NCBI GenBank assembly: GCA_002310995.1
Contig: DBYV01000012.1
Location: forward strand, 2,000-65,999
Source of the DNA: a bacterium UBP6_UBA1177
GTDB taxonomy: Bacteria > UBP6 > UBA1177
Direction: 5' to 3'
Length of the DNA stretch: 64,000 nucleotides
Positions 7,793-16,475 of the stretch are shown here, piece after piece (positions within the stretch are counted from its first letter, which is position 1; each line of letters starts with the position of its first letter). A model generated the notes under the pieces. It saw only the letters and a list, made by a program, of their open reading frames with translations. It had not been told where the DNA came from and made no database searches. Both the position numbers and the translations under genes were made by a program.

Positions 7793-8917
7793 TCAATACA
7801 TCTTCCGGACTTCAATCCCTTTCAGATAGAATTTCAGGATTTCATAATGGTTCTTTCCCTGATTAGCCATTCCAGCCATACCCCACTGGCACACCCCGAC
7901 ACCATGTCCTGCACCTTTGCCTGAAAAGATAAAATCTGCACCTTTTTTGGTAACTGTGAAATCGTTTGACCATATAACCGAAAAACCGACAAGTTCTCTG
8001 AATTTGTTGACCGGCATCTTTTTGCCGTCAATGACCACAGAGTCGACTCTTGTTCTTCCGCGCACGGTCTTAATTGATTTTACCGATTTAACTTTCAATT
8101 TTTTAGCAATATCGGACACCTTGAGTTTTCTTGTCCAGCGGTAAAGCGAAGAATTCGCGCAGTAAGGGCATTTAAGTTCCTGAAGATGAGGTTCATCTTT
8201 CTTCCATACTTCAGCAGAACTTGAAATTGTTCCACCACAGGTCGAGTGAAAATATATTTTTGCCGGATCACTGCCGATAGTTATGACTTCACCTTTCGTT
8301 GCATTAACGGCTTCAACCGAAGTGACATCCTCTTTACCGAGACCGTCGTAAACCTGATCCAGAACTGTCGGCGCAAGGTCAAAATACGTGCTTCTTGGAT
8401 TGAACATTTTCTGGTAGACGGCAAAAGTTCTCGCCAGCACAGCCTGAGTTTTCTTGGCTTCAATAGGCCACGAAGGAATTGCCTCCTTGTTTATGACACC
8501 TTTAACATAATCCTCGATATCGAGCTTGTTCACGACGATAAGTTTTGAGTTTTTAAGGTGGACTTCAATATCTCCGCGGAACATTCTGCCTTCGACTTTA
8601 AGCGGGATAAGCTCTGAAGTGAACTTCATAGCGTCAACTTTGAAGACTTTTCCGCCGACAGCTATTCCTCCCGACACGGCTGCTATTTTGAAAAGCCCCT
8701 GAACTGCACTTAAAACCTTGTCGTTTTTATCAAGAATCCGTGCGTCGCCTTCAAGCATAAACGATTCTATATCGGTCTTTATCCCTATTCTCAAAAAAGG
8801 GGAAAAACCGCTTGCAAGACCGTCTCCGTCAAGCATTTCATCAATATCAAAAGCCTGCAGAGAGAAAAAAGGAACTAGAAAAAGAAATAAAAAAGAGATT
8901 TTTTTCAAAAAATCCAT
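7793..8917 (-). CDS. SpoIID/LytB domain protein (peptidoglycan remodelling), secreted
   Basis: Motifs AQAVLARTFAVY, YFHSTCGGTISSSAEVW and GHGVGVCQWGMAGMA. I moved the start to the Met of MDFLKKISFLFLFLVPFF (ATG at 8917), because the track start at 9073 runs into nifU. Confidence 0.8.
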   Translation of the reverse strand: MDFLKKISFLFLFLVPFFSLQAFDIDEMLDGDGLASGFSPFLRIGIKTDIESFMLEGDARILDKNDKVLSAVQGLFKIAAVSGGIAVGGKVFKVDAMKFTSELIPLKVEGRMFRGDIEVHLKNSKLIVVNKLDIEDYVKGVINKEAIPSWPIEAKKTQAVLARTFAVYQKMFNPRSTYFDLAPTVLDQVYDGLGKEDVTSVEAVNATKGEVITIGSDPAKIYFHSTCGGTISSSAEVWKKDEPHLQELKCPYCANSSLYRWTRKLKVSDIAKKLKVKSVKSIKTVRGRTRVDSVVIDGKKMPVNKFRELVGFSVIWSNDFTVTKKGADFIFSGKGAGHGVGVCQWGMAGMANQGKNHYEILKFYLKGIEVRKMY

Positions 8918-8927
8918 CAAAAAAGGT

Positions 8928-9308
8928 TTACTTAAGCCCGTATTTCGCCTTGTACTCGTTGATAGCTTTGTGAAGAGCCTCGGAAGCAAGGTTAGAGCAG
9001 TGCATCTTGCTTGCAGGAAGACCGCCAAGTTCCTCAGCAACGATGTCTCTTGTAACTTTGAGAGCTTCGTCAATATGCTTTCCTTTGACCATTTCGGTTG
9101 TCATTGAAGAAGTAGCAATCGCAGCGCCGCAGCCGAAAGTCTCAAAAGAAATATCTTCGATTATTCCTTCAGGATTGATGCGGAGGAAAAGTTTGATGAT
9201 ATCGCCGCAAGCCGGATTTCCGACTTCGCCGATTGCGTTCGGGTTCTCAATTTTTCCGACATTGCGCGGATGAAGGAAGTGATCCATAACTTTTTCTGTG
9301 TAATTCAT
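8928..9308 (-). CDS. nifU: Fe-S cluster assembly scaffold protein (IscU/NifU N-terminal type)
   Basis: MDHFLHPRNVG, NPACGDII, FGCGAAIATSS and HCSNLA are the three conserved Cys motifs. AGGAGA RBS. Confidence 0.9.
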   Translation of the reverse strand: MNYTEKVMDHFLHPRNVGKIENPNAIGEVGNPACGDIIKLFLRINPEGIIEDISFETFGCGAAIATSSMTTEMVKGKHIDEALKVTRDIVAEELGGLPASKMHCSNLASEALHKAINEYKAKYGLK

Positions 9309-9323
9309 TTTTTGTCTCCTATC

Positions 9324-10517
9324 TTAATGTTTGTCTGCGTTTACAAATTCATCATAAATCGGCGAGAAGCTGCGAAGAAGTGAAATAGTGTTTTTCAAAG
9401 TGTCCACAGTGTAGTCAACATCTTCGAGTGTCGAGTGTTTCCCCAAAGAAAAACGGATGCTTGAATGAGCTTCTTCCGGATCGCCGTTCAAAGCCATAAT
9501 TACGTGGCTTGCCTTGAGATCGCTCGAGGAGCATGCCGAACCAGTAGATACCGCAATGCCTTCGGTGTCGAGTTTGAGAAGGATACCCTCGCCTTCAACA
9601 AATCTGAATGAAATGTTGGAAAGAGTCGGAACTCTATGTGACGGATCGCCTACAACTCTCGTGTAAGGAATTTCGGCAAGAACTCTCTGCTCAAGATGGT
9701 CTCTGAGAGCTGCAACTCTTTTTGCTTCATCGTCAAGTTCCGCAACTGCAAGCTCTATCGCCTTTCCCATGCCTATTATACCGACAACATTTTCTGTTCC
9801 CGGGCGTTTTCCCTTTTCCTGATGGCCGCCGGTGAGCAGGTTTTTAAGCACTCTTCCGCGTTTTACGAAAAGTGCGCCGACACCTTTGAGACCGTAGAAT
9901 TTATGAGCCGAAACGGTAAGGAAGTCACAGCCAATTTTCTTTACATCGACGTGGATTTTGCCGACAGCCTGAACTGCGTCGACATGGAAAAGAATGTTGT
10001 GCTCGCGGGCAATTTTGCCTATTTCCTCGACCGGATAGATGTTTCCGATCTCGTTATTTACGAACATTGTCGAAATTAGGCCTGTATTTTCTTTAATTGC
10101 GTTGCGGAGATCATCAAGATTGAGGTTTCCTTTGCCGTCAACTGGTAGATAAGTTACTTCAAAACCTTCTTTTTCAAGTGCAGCAGCGGTATTGAAAATG
10201 CTTGGATGTTCGACCGAAGTCGTAATTATGTGGTTTTTCTTCGCATTTTTGCCAAGACCAAGCATATAGCCGCGCAGAACCGTGTTGTTGCCCTCGCTTG
10301 CGCAGGAGTTGAAATAGATTTCAGCAGGATCAGCGTTAAGAGCCGCCGCGACTTTCTCTCTTGCCTGCTCTACTGCAGTTCTTACGACTCTTCCTTCCCA
10401 ATGTCTGCTCGAAGGATTTCCGCCAAGCTCAGTAAGAAACGGCATTATTTCGTCAACGACTTCCTTTCTGACAGGCGTTGTCGCGCTGTTGTCGAAGTAT
10501 ATTCTGTGTGTCATCAT
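9324..10517 (-). CDS. nifS: cysteine desulfurase (class V aminotransferase, NifS/IscS type)
   Basis: PLP-lysine motif SAHKFYGLKG, active-site loop STGSACSS, and adjacency to the scaffold gene. Confidence 0.88.
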   Translation of the reverse strand: MMTHRIYFDNSATTPVRKEVVDEIMPFLTELGGNPSSRHWEGRVVRTAVEQAREKVAAALNADPAEIYFNSCASEGNNTVLRGYMLGLGKNAKKNHIITTSVEHPSIFNTAAALEKEGFEVTYLPVDGKGNLNLDDLRNAIKENTGLISTMFVNNEIGNIYPVEEIGKIAREHNILFHVDAVQAVGKIHVDVKKIGCDFLTVSAHKFYGLKGVGALFVKRGRVLKNLLTGGHQEKGKRPGTENVVGIIGMGKAIELAVAELDDEAKRVAALRDHLEQRVLAEIPYTRVVGDPSHRVPTLSNISFRFVEGEGILLKLDTEGIAVSTGSACSSSDLKASHVIMALNGDPEEAHSSIRFSLGKHSTLEDVDYTVDTLKNTISLLRSFSPIYDEFVNADKH

Positions 10518-10552
10518 AAAACCTCTAAAAAAACAATAAATTCACCGGCGCT

Positions 10553-10580
10553 AATATAATTTCCACTTTCCGTTTGTCAA
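10553..10580 (-). promoter_or_regulatory. sigma70-type promoter TTGACA-16-TATATT for nifS-nifU
   Basis: Minus strand: -35 at 10575-10580 and -10 at 10553-10558, 16-nt spacer. Confidence 0.5.
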
Positions 10581-10589
10581 TCCGAAAAA

Positions 10590-10617
10590 TAGACATTTTT
10601 TTCGTTTTTTTTAATAT
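10590..10617 (+). promoter_or_regulatory. possible promoter TAGACA-16-TAATAT for tdk
   Basis: -35 at 10590-10595 and -10 at 10612-10617. The -35 is weak. Confidence 0.3.
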
Positions 10618-10648
10618 CCGCCGTTATTTTTTCCGAAGGAGAGGAATC

Positions 10649-11230
10649 ATGGCAAAACTTTATTTCAGATATGGCGCTATGGGAGCAAGTAAAACCTCGA
10701 ACGCTCTCATGGTTGACTACAACTACTTTGAGCGCGGCCAGAACGCCGTCATCTTCAAACCTTCAATCGATACGCGTGACGGCATCGACATCGTGAAAAG
10801 CAGAATCGGACTCGCTAAAAAAGCTTATATCTTAAAACCAGAAGACAACGCTTTTGACACGATAAGCAAAATGAATACAACAAAAAAAATCGACTGTGTT
10901 CTGATTGATGAAGCGCAGTTTCTCACACCAGCTCAGGTCATGCAGCTCTGCCGCGTAGTTGATGAACTCAATATTCCTGTAATAGCATACGGTCTCCGCG
11001 CCGATTTCGTCGGAAACCTCTTCCCCGGAAGCGAACGCCTTCTCGCCATGGCCGACACTATTGAAGAGATCAAAACTGTCTGCTGGTGTTCGAAAAAAGC
11101 TATCATGAATGCCAGAGTCGTTGACGGCAAGGTCGTAAAAGAGGGCGAGCAGGTAATGCTCGGCGGCAACGAAAGTTATGTCGCACTTTGCAGAAAACAC
11201 TGGGCTGAAGGCAATCTTGGAAATAAATAA
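10649..11230 (+). CDS. tdk: thymidine kinase
   Basis: The true start MAKLYFRYGAMGASKTS (P-loop) follows a GAAGGAGAGG RBS. Also DEAQFL and Zn-ribbon Cys pairs VCWCSKKA / ALCRKHW. Confidence 0.9.
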   Translation: MAKLYFRYGAMGASKTSNALMVDYNYFERGQNAVIFKPSIDTRDGIDIVKSRIGLAKKAYILKPEDNAFDTISKMNTTKKIDCVLIDEAQFLTPAQVMQLCRVVDELNIPVIAYGLRADFVGNLFPGSERLLAMADTIEEIKTVCWCSKKAIMNARVVDGKVVKEGEQVMLGGNESYVALCRKHWAEGNLGNK

Positions 11231-11244
11231 TCAAAAATTCTTGA

Positions 11245-11270
11245 AATATCGAAATCGAAATGTCGAAATC
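11245..11270. repeat. three TCGAAAT units (reverse orientation of the ATTTCGNN octamer repeat)
   Basis: TCGAAAT at 11249, 11255 and 11263, in the gap between convergent tdk and the coiled-coil gene. Confidence 0.5.
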
Positions 11271-11280
11271 AATAAGAATC

Positions 11281-11307
11281 AAAAAAAAGCGGACCTTGCG
11301 GCCCGCT
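11281..11307 (-). terminator. rho-independent terminator of the coiled-coil gene
   Basis: Minus strand reads GCGGGCC-GCAA-GGTCCGC followed by T8, starting 8 nt after the stop at 11315. Confidence 0.6.
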
Positions 11308-11314
11308 TCTGAAA

Positions 11315-14300
11315 CTATTCCAACTCTTCAAGAGCTGTTTTAGCTTTAAGGAAGAATTCGTTTGAAGGCATAAGGGTTTTTGTGAGAAGAGTGAAAATCT
11401 CTTTAGCTTTCGCTTTATCGGTCTCTCTCTTTCCGTAAGCTTCCCAGTACATCGATTTAGCAGTAACGTTGATTGAATTCATACCATTGAGCGCAATCTG
11501 GTTGTTTCTATCGATTTTAAGAGCTTCGGCAAAAGCGCGTCTTGCACCGATAAGGTCTTTGTTGTCGAGCTTCTGAAGTCCGCTCTTTGCAAAAGCGTCA
11601 GCCTTAAGTTTATAGATATCATCCGAACCTTTAACGTCAACAACTTCTCTGGACTTCGTGATTTTGTATTCCTCTTTGAATTTAGCACGAACCTGATCAA
11701 GTTCTTTTTCGTCGATTTCCTTTGTTTTTTCTTCGTAGTTCTGTTCAGCCTCTTTCTTCTTTGCAGCAGCGTCCTTTTTGTCTTCAGCTGCAAGTTTTTT
11801 AAGATCTTTCGAGAACTGAGCCTTCTCTTCTTTTCTCTGAGCTTCCTCTTCTTCCCATTTTTCGTTTTTCTCTTTCCACTTAGCCTGCTCATCAGCAAGA
11901 ATAGCCTGTCTTTCGTCTTTTCTTCTCTGCTTTTCCTCGTTCAGTTTCTGAACTTCCTCTTCCCACTGTTCTTTCTGTCTCTTCTGAGCATCCTTGTCAT
12001 CGACCTGTTTCTGAGCGTATTTGTTTTCTATCGCCTCTTTCTTTTCTTTGTATTCATTATCAGTCTTGTCGTATTTTTCCTGCCAGGTCTTTTCATATTT
12101 CTGGTTGTCAGTCTGATTCTTGATCTTGATGTCGTCACTCTTGTCAGCCCATTTTGCGTTGGTTATAGCGATATTGGCATCAATACCTTCGTTTTCCTTT
12201 AAAAGACGTTCCTTAGCGTTTTTGTCAGCTCTCTGCTTGTTTTCGAGATCTTTCTGTCTCTTTTCAGCCTCGGCATTCCACTTTGCAGAAAGGCTTCCGC
12301 GCTCTTTTTCACGAGCTTCGATTTTGCGGTCTCTGTCTTTCTGAGCCGTTGCAATCTGGCTGTCGATATTCTTTTTGAATGCAGCCTTTCTCTGCTGGAA
12401 AGCTTTGAAATTTGCTTCAGCTTTTTTCTTTTCAGCCTGCTGGTTCTTCTGATATTTCGTGTTATCCTTGTTGAGTTCGTCGCTTTTCTGAGCAAGTTTC
12501 ATGTCAACAGCCATGCTCTTGTTTTCGCATTCCTGTTCTACTGCTGCCATTTTCTTTGCTACAAAAGCATCTTTTCCGCCTTCGTGTTTCGAGATCTTCT
12601 TTTCAGCAGCAGCAAGTTGTTTTTTGAGAGCCGGAGTCTCTTTTTCTGCAATTTTCGCTTCGATGTCAGCCTTTTCTTTATTCAGCTTTTCGAGTTCTTC
12701 GGTGAACGCCTTTTCAGCGTCTGCAGAAGCTGTCTCTTTGTTCTTTGCGCACTCTGCCTCGACTGTAGCACGTTCCTTTTCGATCTCTTCCTGATATTTC
12801 GACATAACTTCAGCGTTTTTGAACATATATTCTTCGGTTGCAGCGTCATACTTTTTGAGTTTTTCACGCTCTTCCGATTCCTGAGCATCGAAATCCTGAA
12901 GTTTTTTGTTGAGGTCGTCGAACTTAGCCTGATACTCTTTCTCTACTTCGACTTTGTATTTTCTGTCCTCGTCCTCGTTTTTCATTCTGACTTCTTCATT
13001 CTGAGCCATGATTTTCTTTTCATTCTCGTCGAACTTTTCCTGTTCAGCGGTCATTTTCTTGTCGAGTTCGGAAATCTTTTCCTCGTTAGCCTTTTTCTTT
13101 CCTTCAAGAGCGAGAACAGCAGCTTCGGTCTTTTTGTTGCCGGCTTCGATTTCGTCTTCCTGCTTTTTATAGCGTTTTTCCTTTTCCTCTTTCATCTTTT
13201 TGAGCATATCGCCGTACTTCTTGTCGGTCTCTGCCATCTCTTTCTGCATCTCTTTTTCATACTGAGCCGAAAGAGCGTTGGAACCTTTCGTAACACCTTT
13301 TTCTCTCTGCTCGAAAAGAGTGAGCTTGTTCTCGAGTTCAACAATTTTCTGCTCGATTTCGCTGTCGTCCTTCTCCCACTGATACTTCATAGCTTTGATT
13401 TTTTCAGAAAGAGCTTTGTACTCGGCATCCTTCTGCTGTTTTGCAGCCTTTGAATCCTCATCGAACTTTTTGAGCTTTGCTTCTCTCTCAAGAATTCTTG
13501 CGTTAAGCCAAGCATCTGTTTCAGTAATTGTTTTAGCCTTTTCCTTTCTGAGTTTTTCGCGCTGTTTATCGAATCTTGAGTGAATCGTGTCAACCGTGCG
13601 GATATCCTTTTCGCTCGGATCGGAATAGATAACTCTTTCAACAGAATCCTTCTTGTAAACACGGTATTTGGAACTCGATCCCATTTCAAGAATGGCTTCA
13701 TCAAGCTTTTCTGCCTTTGCAATGACAGGAATCGCCTCGTCATAGTTCTTAGCCTTTATCGCCGCATTTGCACGCTGAACAAACTTTGAGATTTCAGCGA
13801 TATTCTTTTTGAGTTCTTTAGCTTTCACATCTCTGTCTGCCGCACCGTCAAGAGCTTTGTCAGCACCCTTGAGATCGCCGGAAGCATAAGCTTCTAGAGC
13901 CTCTTTTATAGCAGAGTCAGCATTTTTACCTGAAGATTTTTTCGAAGGTCTTACAGGCTCATCTTCTTCCTCCTCTTCCTCAGGTTCGCTTTTCGCTACC
14001 GAATGAGACGAGAGCATTTTGCTCCATACTTTTGTCATTTTGGATGCTATTTTTTCCGTTGATGCACCTTTATCAAAATTTACTTTCTCTTTTTCAAGGT
14101 TGTTGCCTTCGCCGTCAACAAGGAAAGTTTCGATTATCGTTTTTCCGCTTTTTTTGACGAATTTCATCTTGGAAAAAATGTAAAAATCGGATTTCTGCTT
14201 TGCCTTTGAGATTAATTTTCTCTGGCAGCCCAAATTTTCACCGCACTGTGCAAGAGATTTTTTTACTTTTGTTCCGACTGAATCAGTAAAAAGAGACGTA

Positions 14301-14470
14301 TCAGCACCCTTGACTTCATCAATGATTTCCTCTACGGAAGTATCGATATCCTCAGCCATACGCTGATCGTCTTCCTTTGCAGCCATGGGGAACACTGATG
14401 CTGTTCCTGCAAAAACACCGCAAGTCATAAAAATGATAAATACAGACAAAAGAACTTTCAGACTTTTCAA
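11315..14470 (-). CDS. exported K/E-rich coiled-coil protein with TPR-like ends (about 1050 aa)
   Basis: Signal-like N-terminus (M)KSLKVLLSVFIIFMTCGVFAGTA. About 600 aa of heptad-like K/E/Q/A sequence. TPR-like segments include AYASGDLKGADKAL, KNYDEAIPVIAKAEKLD and GARRAFAEALKIDRNNQIAL. The likely start is the TTG at 14470, 5 nt after GGAGG; the track start at 14482 lies inside the RBS. Confidence 0.7.
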   Translation of the reverse strand: MKSLKVLLSVFIIFMTCGVFAGTASVFPMAAKEDDQRMAEDIDTSVEEIIDEVKGADTSLFTDSVGTKVKKSLAQCGENLGCQRKLISKAKQKSDFYIFSKMKFVKKSGKTIIETFLVDGEGNNLEKEKVNFDKGASTEKIASKMTKVWSKMLSSHSVAKSEPEEEEEEDEPVRPSKKSSGKNADSAIKEALEAYASGDLKGADKALDGAADRDVKAKELKKNIAEISKFVQRANAAIKAKNYDEAIPVIAKAEKLDEAILEMGSSSKYRVYKKDSVERVIYSDPSEKDIRTVDTIHSRFDKQREKLRKEKAKTITETDAWLNARILEREAKLKKFDEDSKAAKQQKDAEYKALSEKIKAMKYQWEKDDSEIEQKIVELENKLTLFEQREKGVTKGSNALSAQYEKEMQKEMAETDKKYGDMLKKMKEEKEKRYKKQEDEIEAGNKKTEAAVLALEGKKKANEEKISELDKKMTAEQEKFDENEKKIMAQNEEVRMKNEDEDRKYKVEVEKEYQAKFDDLNKKLQDFDAQESEEREKLKKYDAATEEYMFKNAEVMSKYQEEIEKERATVEAECAKNKETASADAEKAFTEELEKLNKEKADIEAKIAEKETPALKKQLAAAEKKISKHEGGKDAFVAKKMAAVEQECENKSMAVDMKLAQKSDELNKDNTKYQKNQQAEKKKAEANFKAFQQRKAAFKKNIDSQIATAQKDRDRKIEAREKERGSLSAKWNAEAEKRQKDLENKQRADKNAKERLLKENEGIDANIAITNAKWADKSDDIKIKNQTDNQKYEKTWQEKYDKTDNEYKEKKEAIENKYAQKQVDDKDAQKRQKEQWEEEVQKLNEEKQRRKDERQAILADEQAKWKEKNEKWEEEEAQRKEEKAQFSKDLKKLAAEDKKDAAAKKKEAEQNYEEKTKEIDEKELDQVRAKFKEEYKITKSREVVDVKGSDDIYKLKADAFAKSGLQKLDNKDLIGARRAFAEALKIDRNNQIALNGMNSINVTAKSMYWEAYGKRETDKAKAKEIFTLLTKTLMPSNEFFLKAKTALEELE

Positions 14471-14653
14471 AATTTCCTCCAATTATGTAATTTTCAATGA
14501 AGCACCACAAAAAAAGCACGCCATATAACTAAAATTTGTTTTTTAAGTCAATATTTTTTTGTTTGCAGTAAATTTCCACACATTATCTGTCAGTAATCCG
14601 CCAGAAAAAAATCTCAAAGCCGAAATATTCAGAAAAATAAACTTTATTTTTTA

Positions 14654-14681
14654 TTGACAAAAAACAACGCATTTTTATAAT
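14654..14681 (+). promoter_or_regulatory. sigma70-type promoter TTGACA-16-TATAAT for rpsA
   Basis: Both hexamers are perfect consensus. The -10 ends 58 nt upstream of the ATG at 14740. A 5'-UTR hairpin CCGCCCGC...GCGGCGG lies at 14683-14711. Confidence 0.6.
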
Positions 14682-14739
14682 GCCGCCCGCACTTTGCCGT
14701 ATAAGCGGCGGTGACGAAAAACAAAGGAGGTATTTTCGT

Positions 14740-16413
14740 ATGTCACAAGAAACTTTTGCAGAATTGCTTGAAGAATTTCTTCCTAACAAAGAAGAAAATT
14801 CGGGCGAAAAAATCAGTAAGGGTATTGTTCGCGCCATCAGAAAGGACGTCATCATTGTTGATGTCGGTCTGAAAAGCGACGGTGTTATTTCAGCAAGCGA
14901 ATTCACACCGGAAGAACTTGCAAACCTTAAAGTCAACGACGAGATCGAAGTCGTTGTAGAGAACTGGGACGGCGACAGAGGCATGAACCTTTCCAAAGAA
15001 AAAGCTTCGAAGCTTAAAGTTTGGGAAGTCGTCGAAAAAGCTTTCCAGGACGGCACGCTTGTCAACGGAACCATCGTTGCGAAAGTCAACGGCGGTCTTG
15101 CAGTTGATATCGGCGTCAAGGCATTCCTTCCCAACTCGCAGGTTGCCCTGAGACCCATTAAAAATGTCGATGACCTTATCGGCAAAACCTATGATTTCAA
15201 AGTCATCAAATTCGACAAGAAGAAAGGCAACATCGTTATTTCGAGAAGAGACCTTCTTGAGAAAGAAAGAGAAGCTCTCAAGAACACGACTCTCGAAAAG
15301 CTTCAGGAAGGCGCTATCGTCAAAGGTCTTGTCAAGAACATCACCTATTACGGCGTTTTCGTTGACCTCGGCGGTATTGACGGTCTTCTTCACATCACCG
15401 ATATGTCATGGGGCAGAGTAAATCATCCGTCCGAAATGTTCAAAATCGGCGACGAAGTCGATGTCAAAGTCCTCAAATATGACAAAGACTCCGAAAGAGT
15501 CAGCCTTGGTGTAAAACAGATCACAGACGATCCGTGGATTCATGCGACTGAAAAATACGCAGCAGGCAAAACGGTTAAAGGCGTTGTCGTTTCTCTTGAA
15601 GATTACGGCGCTTTCGTCGAGCTTGAAAAAGGCGTTGAAGGTCTCATCCACATTTCCGAAATGTCCTGGACGAGAAGAATCAAACACCCGGGCAAAATGG
15701 TTGCAATCGGCGACGAAGTCGAAGTCAAAATCCTTGAAATCGACGTCGAGAACAGAAGAATCTCCCTCGGCATGAAACAGATCGAGCCGAATCCATGGGA
15801 ACTTCTCAAAGACAAATATCCGGTCGGCACAATCGTTAAGGGAACGATCCGCAACATTACCGATTTCGGTCTTTTCGTAGGTGTTGAAGAGGGTATCGAC
15901 GGTCTCGTAAGAACCAGCGATATTACTTGGGACAGAAAACTGAAACACCCGTCGGAATACTACAAGAAAGGCGATGAAATCGAAGCTGTCGTTCTCAATA
16001 TCGACTCCGAAAAACAGAGATTCTCACTCGGCATCAAACAGCTTACCGAAGATCCTTGGAAAATTTTCAAAGATCAGCACAACGTAGGCGACAAAATTGA
16101 AGTCGAAGTCGTAAAAGTTGCTGAATTCGGCGTTTTCGTAAAAGTTTTCGACACGATTGAAGGTCTTGTCCATAAAACCGAATTCGAAGACAACAAAGAA
16201 TACCAGCCGGGCGACAAACTCGAAGTCATCATCAAATCGATCTCCGACACCGACAGAAAGGTTTCTCTCAGCGTAAAAGCTGTCAGCGATGAAGAAAATC
16301 AGAAGATCGTTGAAGAAGCAGAAGCCGTTACTGAAAAAGTTCCGGAGAAACTCGGTTCAATGGCTGCAGCATTCAAAGCTGCTGAGGAAAAGGCTGAAGA
16401 AAAAGCTGAATAA
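14740..16413 (+). CDS. rpsA: 30S ribosomal protein S1
   Basis: Six S1 (OB-fold) repeats of the pattern G.iv.G.V..i...G.fVdlg. Start MSQETFAELL follows an AAGGAGG RBS. Confidence 0.92.
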   Translation: MSQETFAELLEEFLPNKEENSGEKISKGIVRAIRKDVIIVDVGLKSDGVISASEFTPEELANLKVNDEIEVVVENWDGDRGMNLSKEKASKLKVWEVVEKAFQDGTLVNGTIVAKVNGGLAVDIGVKAFLPNSQVALRPIKNVDDLIGKTYDFKVIKFDKKKGNIVISRRDLLEKEREALKNTTLEKLQEGAIVKGLVKNITYYGVFVDLGGIDGLLHITDMSWGRVNHPSEMFKIGDEVDVKVLKYDKDSERVSLGVKQITDDPWIHATEKYAAGKTVKGVVVSLEDYGAFVELEKGVEGLIHISEMSWTRRIKHPGKMVAIGDEVEVKILEIDVENRRISLGMKQIEPNPWELLKDKYPVGTIVKGTIRNITDFGLFVGVEEGIDGLVRTSDITWDRKLKHPSEYYKKGDEIEAVVLNIDSEKQRFSLGIKQLTEDPWKIFKDQHNVGDKIEVEVVKVAEFGVFVKVFDTIEGLVHKTEFEDNKEYQPGDKLEVIIKSISDTDRKVSLSVKAVSDEENQKIVEEAEAVTEKVPEKLGSMAAAFKAAEEKAEEKAE

Positions 16414-16432
16414 GCGTTTCTTTCATGATTTT

Positions 16433-16459
16433 AAGGGGCACTTCGGTGCCCTTTTTTTG
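16433..16459 (+). terminator. rho-independent terminator after rpsA
   Basis: GGGCAC-TTCG-GTGCCC stem-loop followed by T7. Confidence 0.75.
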
Positions 16460-16475
16460 TATTCAGGAGTATCGG

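Noticed and set aside
12120-13789. Multiple plus- and minus-strand ORFs inside the coiled-coil gene (for example 12584..13453 +, 289 aa)
   Set aside because: These are low-complexity F/L/S-rich or K/R-rich translations of GAA/AAG-rich DNA. They have no RBS and are fully nested in a gene with a coherent signal peptide, coiled coil and TPR ends.
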